Positions 62,101-64,000 of a stretch of 64,000 nt of DNA are shown piece after piece. Position 1 is the stretch's first letter. Every line of letters begins with the position of its first letter. The translations under genes and the position numbers were made by a program. Below the pieces are notes generated by a model. That model had not been told where the DNA came from and did no database searches. It worked only from the letters and a program-made list of their open reading frames with translations. This stretch comes from Heterodontus francisci (taxonomy: Eukaryota), in the NCBI RefSeq assembly GCF_036365525.1, contig NC_090371.1, forward strand, positions 264,219,629 through 264,283,628. The letters run 5' to 3'.

Positions 62101-64000
62101 AGAAGATCTTGTACTATGAGATTATTAACTAACTCTGCCTCATTGCAAAATACAAGATCTAAAATAGCTTTATTCCTAGTTGGTTCCATAACATGTTGAT
62201 CCAGGAAACTGTTACAAAAGCATTCTACAAACTCATCTTCCAGACTACCTTTGTCAATTTGATTTGTCCAGTCTATATGAAGATTAAATTCCACAACAAT
62301 TATTGCATTGCCTTTGTTACAAGCTCCAATTATTTCTTGCTTAATGCTCTGTTCAAAGGTATAATTACTGTTAGAGGGCCTATAAACTACCTCCACCAGG
62401 GTTTTATGACCCTTCTTATCCCTAATCTCCATCCACGCTGACTCTATTTCCAGATCATCTGAGCCAAGATCCTTTCTTACTATTGTCCTTATGTCATCCT
62501 TTACTACCAGGGCTACTCCTCCTGTCTATCTTTTCAAAATATTGTGTACCCCTGAATATTTGTTTTCCAACCTTGGTCACCTTCTAACCATGGCTCTATA
62601 ATGGTGATTAGATCTAAATCATATATCTTTATTTGTGCCATTAGTTCATCTATCTTATTGTGAATGCTTTGTGCGTTTGGATAAAAAACCTTTAACTTTA
62701 TTTATTTTTACTATTCTTGGCATGGACCATTCACAGTTGCATTATTACCATTAAACTCTCTGTCCCTTCCTGTCCAATCTGCTTGTCTTTACCCAAATTG
62801 TTACAATGCTCTGTTACCTAGACTTTTCTCTTTAGATATCTAAATTTCCATTCACCGGATCCCCTCTCTCCCCTTTTATTTGAAATCCCTATCAGAACCC
62901 GAGTTATACAATTCACCAGGATGCTGATCCCAGCCCAGTTTTAGTGGAGCCTATCCCATAGGAATAGCTCCCTCTTTTCTCAGAACTGGTGCAGTGCTCC
63001 ATGAATTGAAACCCCTACTTGGGACACCGCTCTTTAATTCTTTAATCTGTTTGACCCGCTGTCAATTTGTGCACAGTTCAGGTAGTAATTCAGAAATTAT
63101 TACCCTAGAGGTTCTGCTTAATAATTTAGAACCCAGTTCCGCAAACTCCCTCCGCAGAACCTCATTCTTAGTTCTACCTGTGTTGTTGGCTCCTACATGA
63201 CCATGACAACTGGATCCTTCCCCTCCAACTCCAAGTTCTTCTCCAACCATGAGGAGATGTCCTGAACCCTGGTACCAGGCAGGTAATACAACCTTTGGAA
63301 CTTCCAGTCTCAGCTGCAGAGAACAATATCTAGCCCCCAACTATACTCTCTCCTATCACTATAGCATTTCTTTTCATTCGCCTCACTTTAATGGGCTCTG
63401 CACCATGTTGCTATGGTCATTTTGCCCATCCACTCTGCAGTCCTTGTTCTCATCCACACAAGCAGAAAATACCTGATATCTGCTGGATAATGTCAGGGGC
63501 CAAGGCTCCACCACCATTATATCTTGGATCTCCATATCTGCCTGACTCACAGTCACACCTTCCTGACCCTGACTGTTGACCAACCCTAAAATACTACTTA
63601 ACCTAAGGGGAAAAAAGTGTGTAGGTAACTCTCCCCCTCCCAAATGCCCTACAATGTCTGCAGCTCAGATTGCAGCCCAACAAAACTGAGCTGAAATTCC
63701 TCAAGCTGTAGACACTTACGGCAGATAATGGTTCTCTGGGACTGCAATACTGTTGAGAAACTTTCACATGTTCCAGCTACAGCATACTACCTGCCCTGCC
63801 ATGTCTGTCTAAACAGTTTACTTATTTTAATAGTTAAAATTACTCTTCGATTTATTATTTTAGCTCATAGATTATTTAGTCTAAGTTTATTAATGTAATA
63901 AAGTAATAGTAAGTCACAAATTCTTAGCTCTGAAATTGGCACACCTCCCTAGCTTAAAGAGCAAAAACAAAACTGCAATACTCACCAACTAATCACCTAT
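59165..64000 (-). mobile_element. Old, near full-length CR1 LINE (ORF1 esterase and ORF2 remnants)
   Basis: 3' tail at 59165; PQESMLEPQLFTIYINDL..FADDTK, YLDFQKAFDKV, VYRP..LDLV; ORF1 HVGANNTGR..RVIISELLP at 63062-63340; heavily disrupted; probably runs off the window edge. Confidence 0.88.
59687..60351. mobile_element. Harbinger-like MITE inserted in the CR1
   Basis: TIR GAGCTGAATTTTATGAGC / GCTCATAAAATTCAGCCC (17/18); CR1 sequence resumes on both sides with a TG or TGG duplication. Confidence 0.85.

Overview
Eukaryotic, repeat-dominated DNA, almost certainly from a cartilaginous fish (shark), judged from HE1-like V-SINEs, SacSINE1-like DeuSINEs, shark-type CR1 LINEs and Penelope-derived palindromes. 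About 40% of the window (~4.9-30.4 kb) is one C-rich/G-rich tandem array of an 18-21 bp unit (core GAGACCCRCAAT + C-tract). It produces all the long Gly-rich and Pro-rich ORFs in the track, which are judged non-coding. The rest is nested transposable elements: RTE, L2, Vingi-like, two CR1-group families, SINEs, Harbinger-like MITEs with decayed Myb/SANT genes, hAT MITEs, solo LTRs and Penelope-like fragments with hammerhead-ribozyme cores. No host gene is recognisable by homology. Several minus-strand segments with good splice signals can be joined in frame and may belong to an unidentified gene or lncRNA. I cannot support a wholly new biological system. The best leads are (i) a perfect 99-bp palindromic Penelope/hammerhead insert in the catalytic GDS motif of a young CR1 ORF1 esterase, (ii) the mosaic 25-kb satellite, and (iii) the candidate spliced minus-strand gene. 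All family names come from recalled motifs, not database searches.
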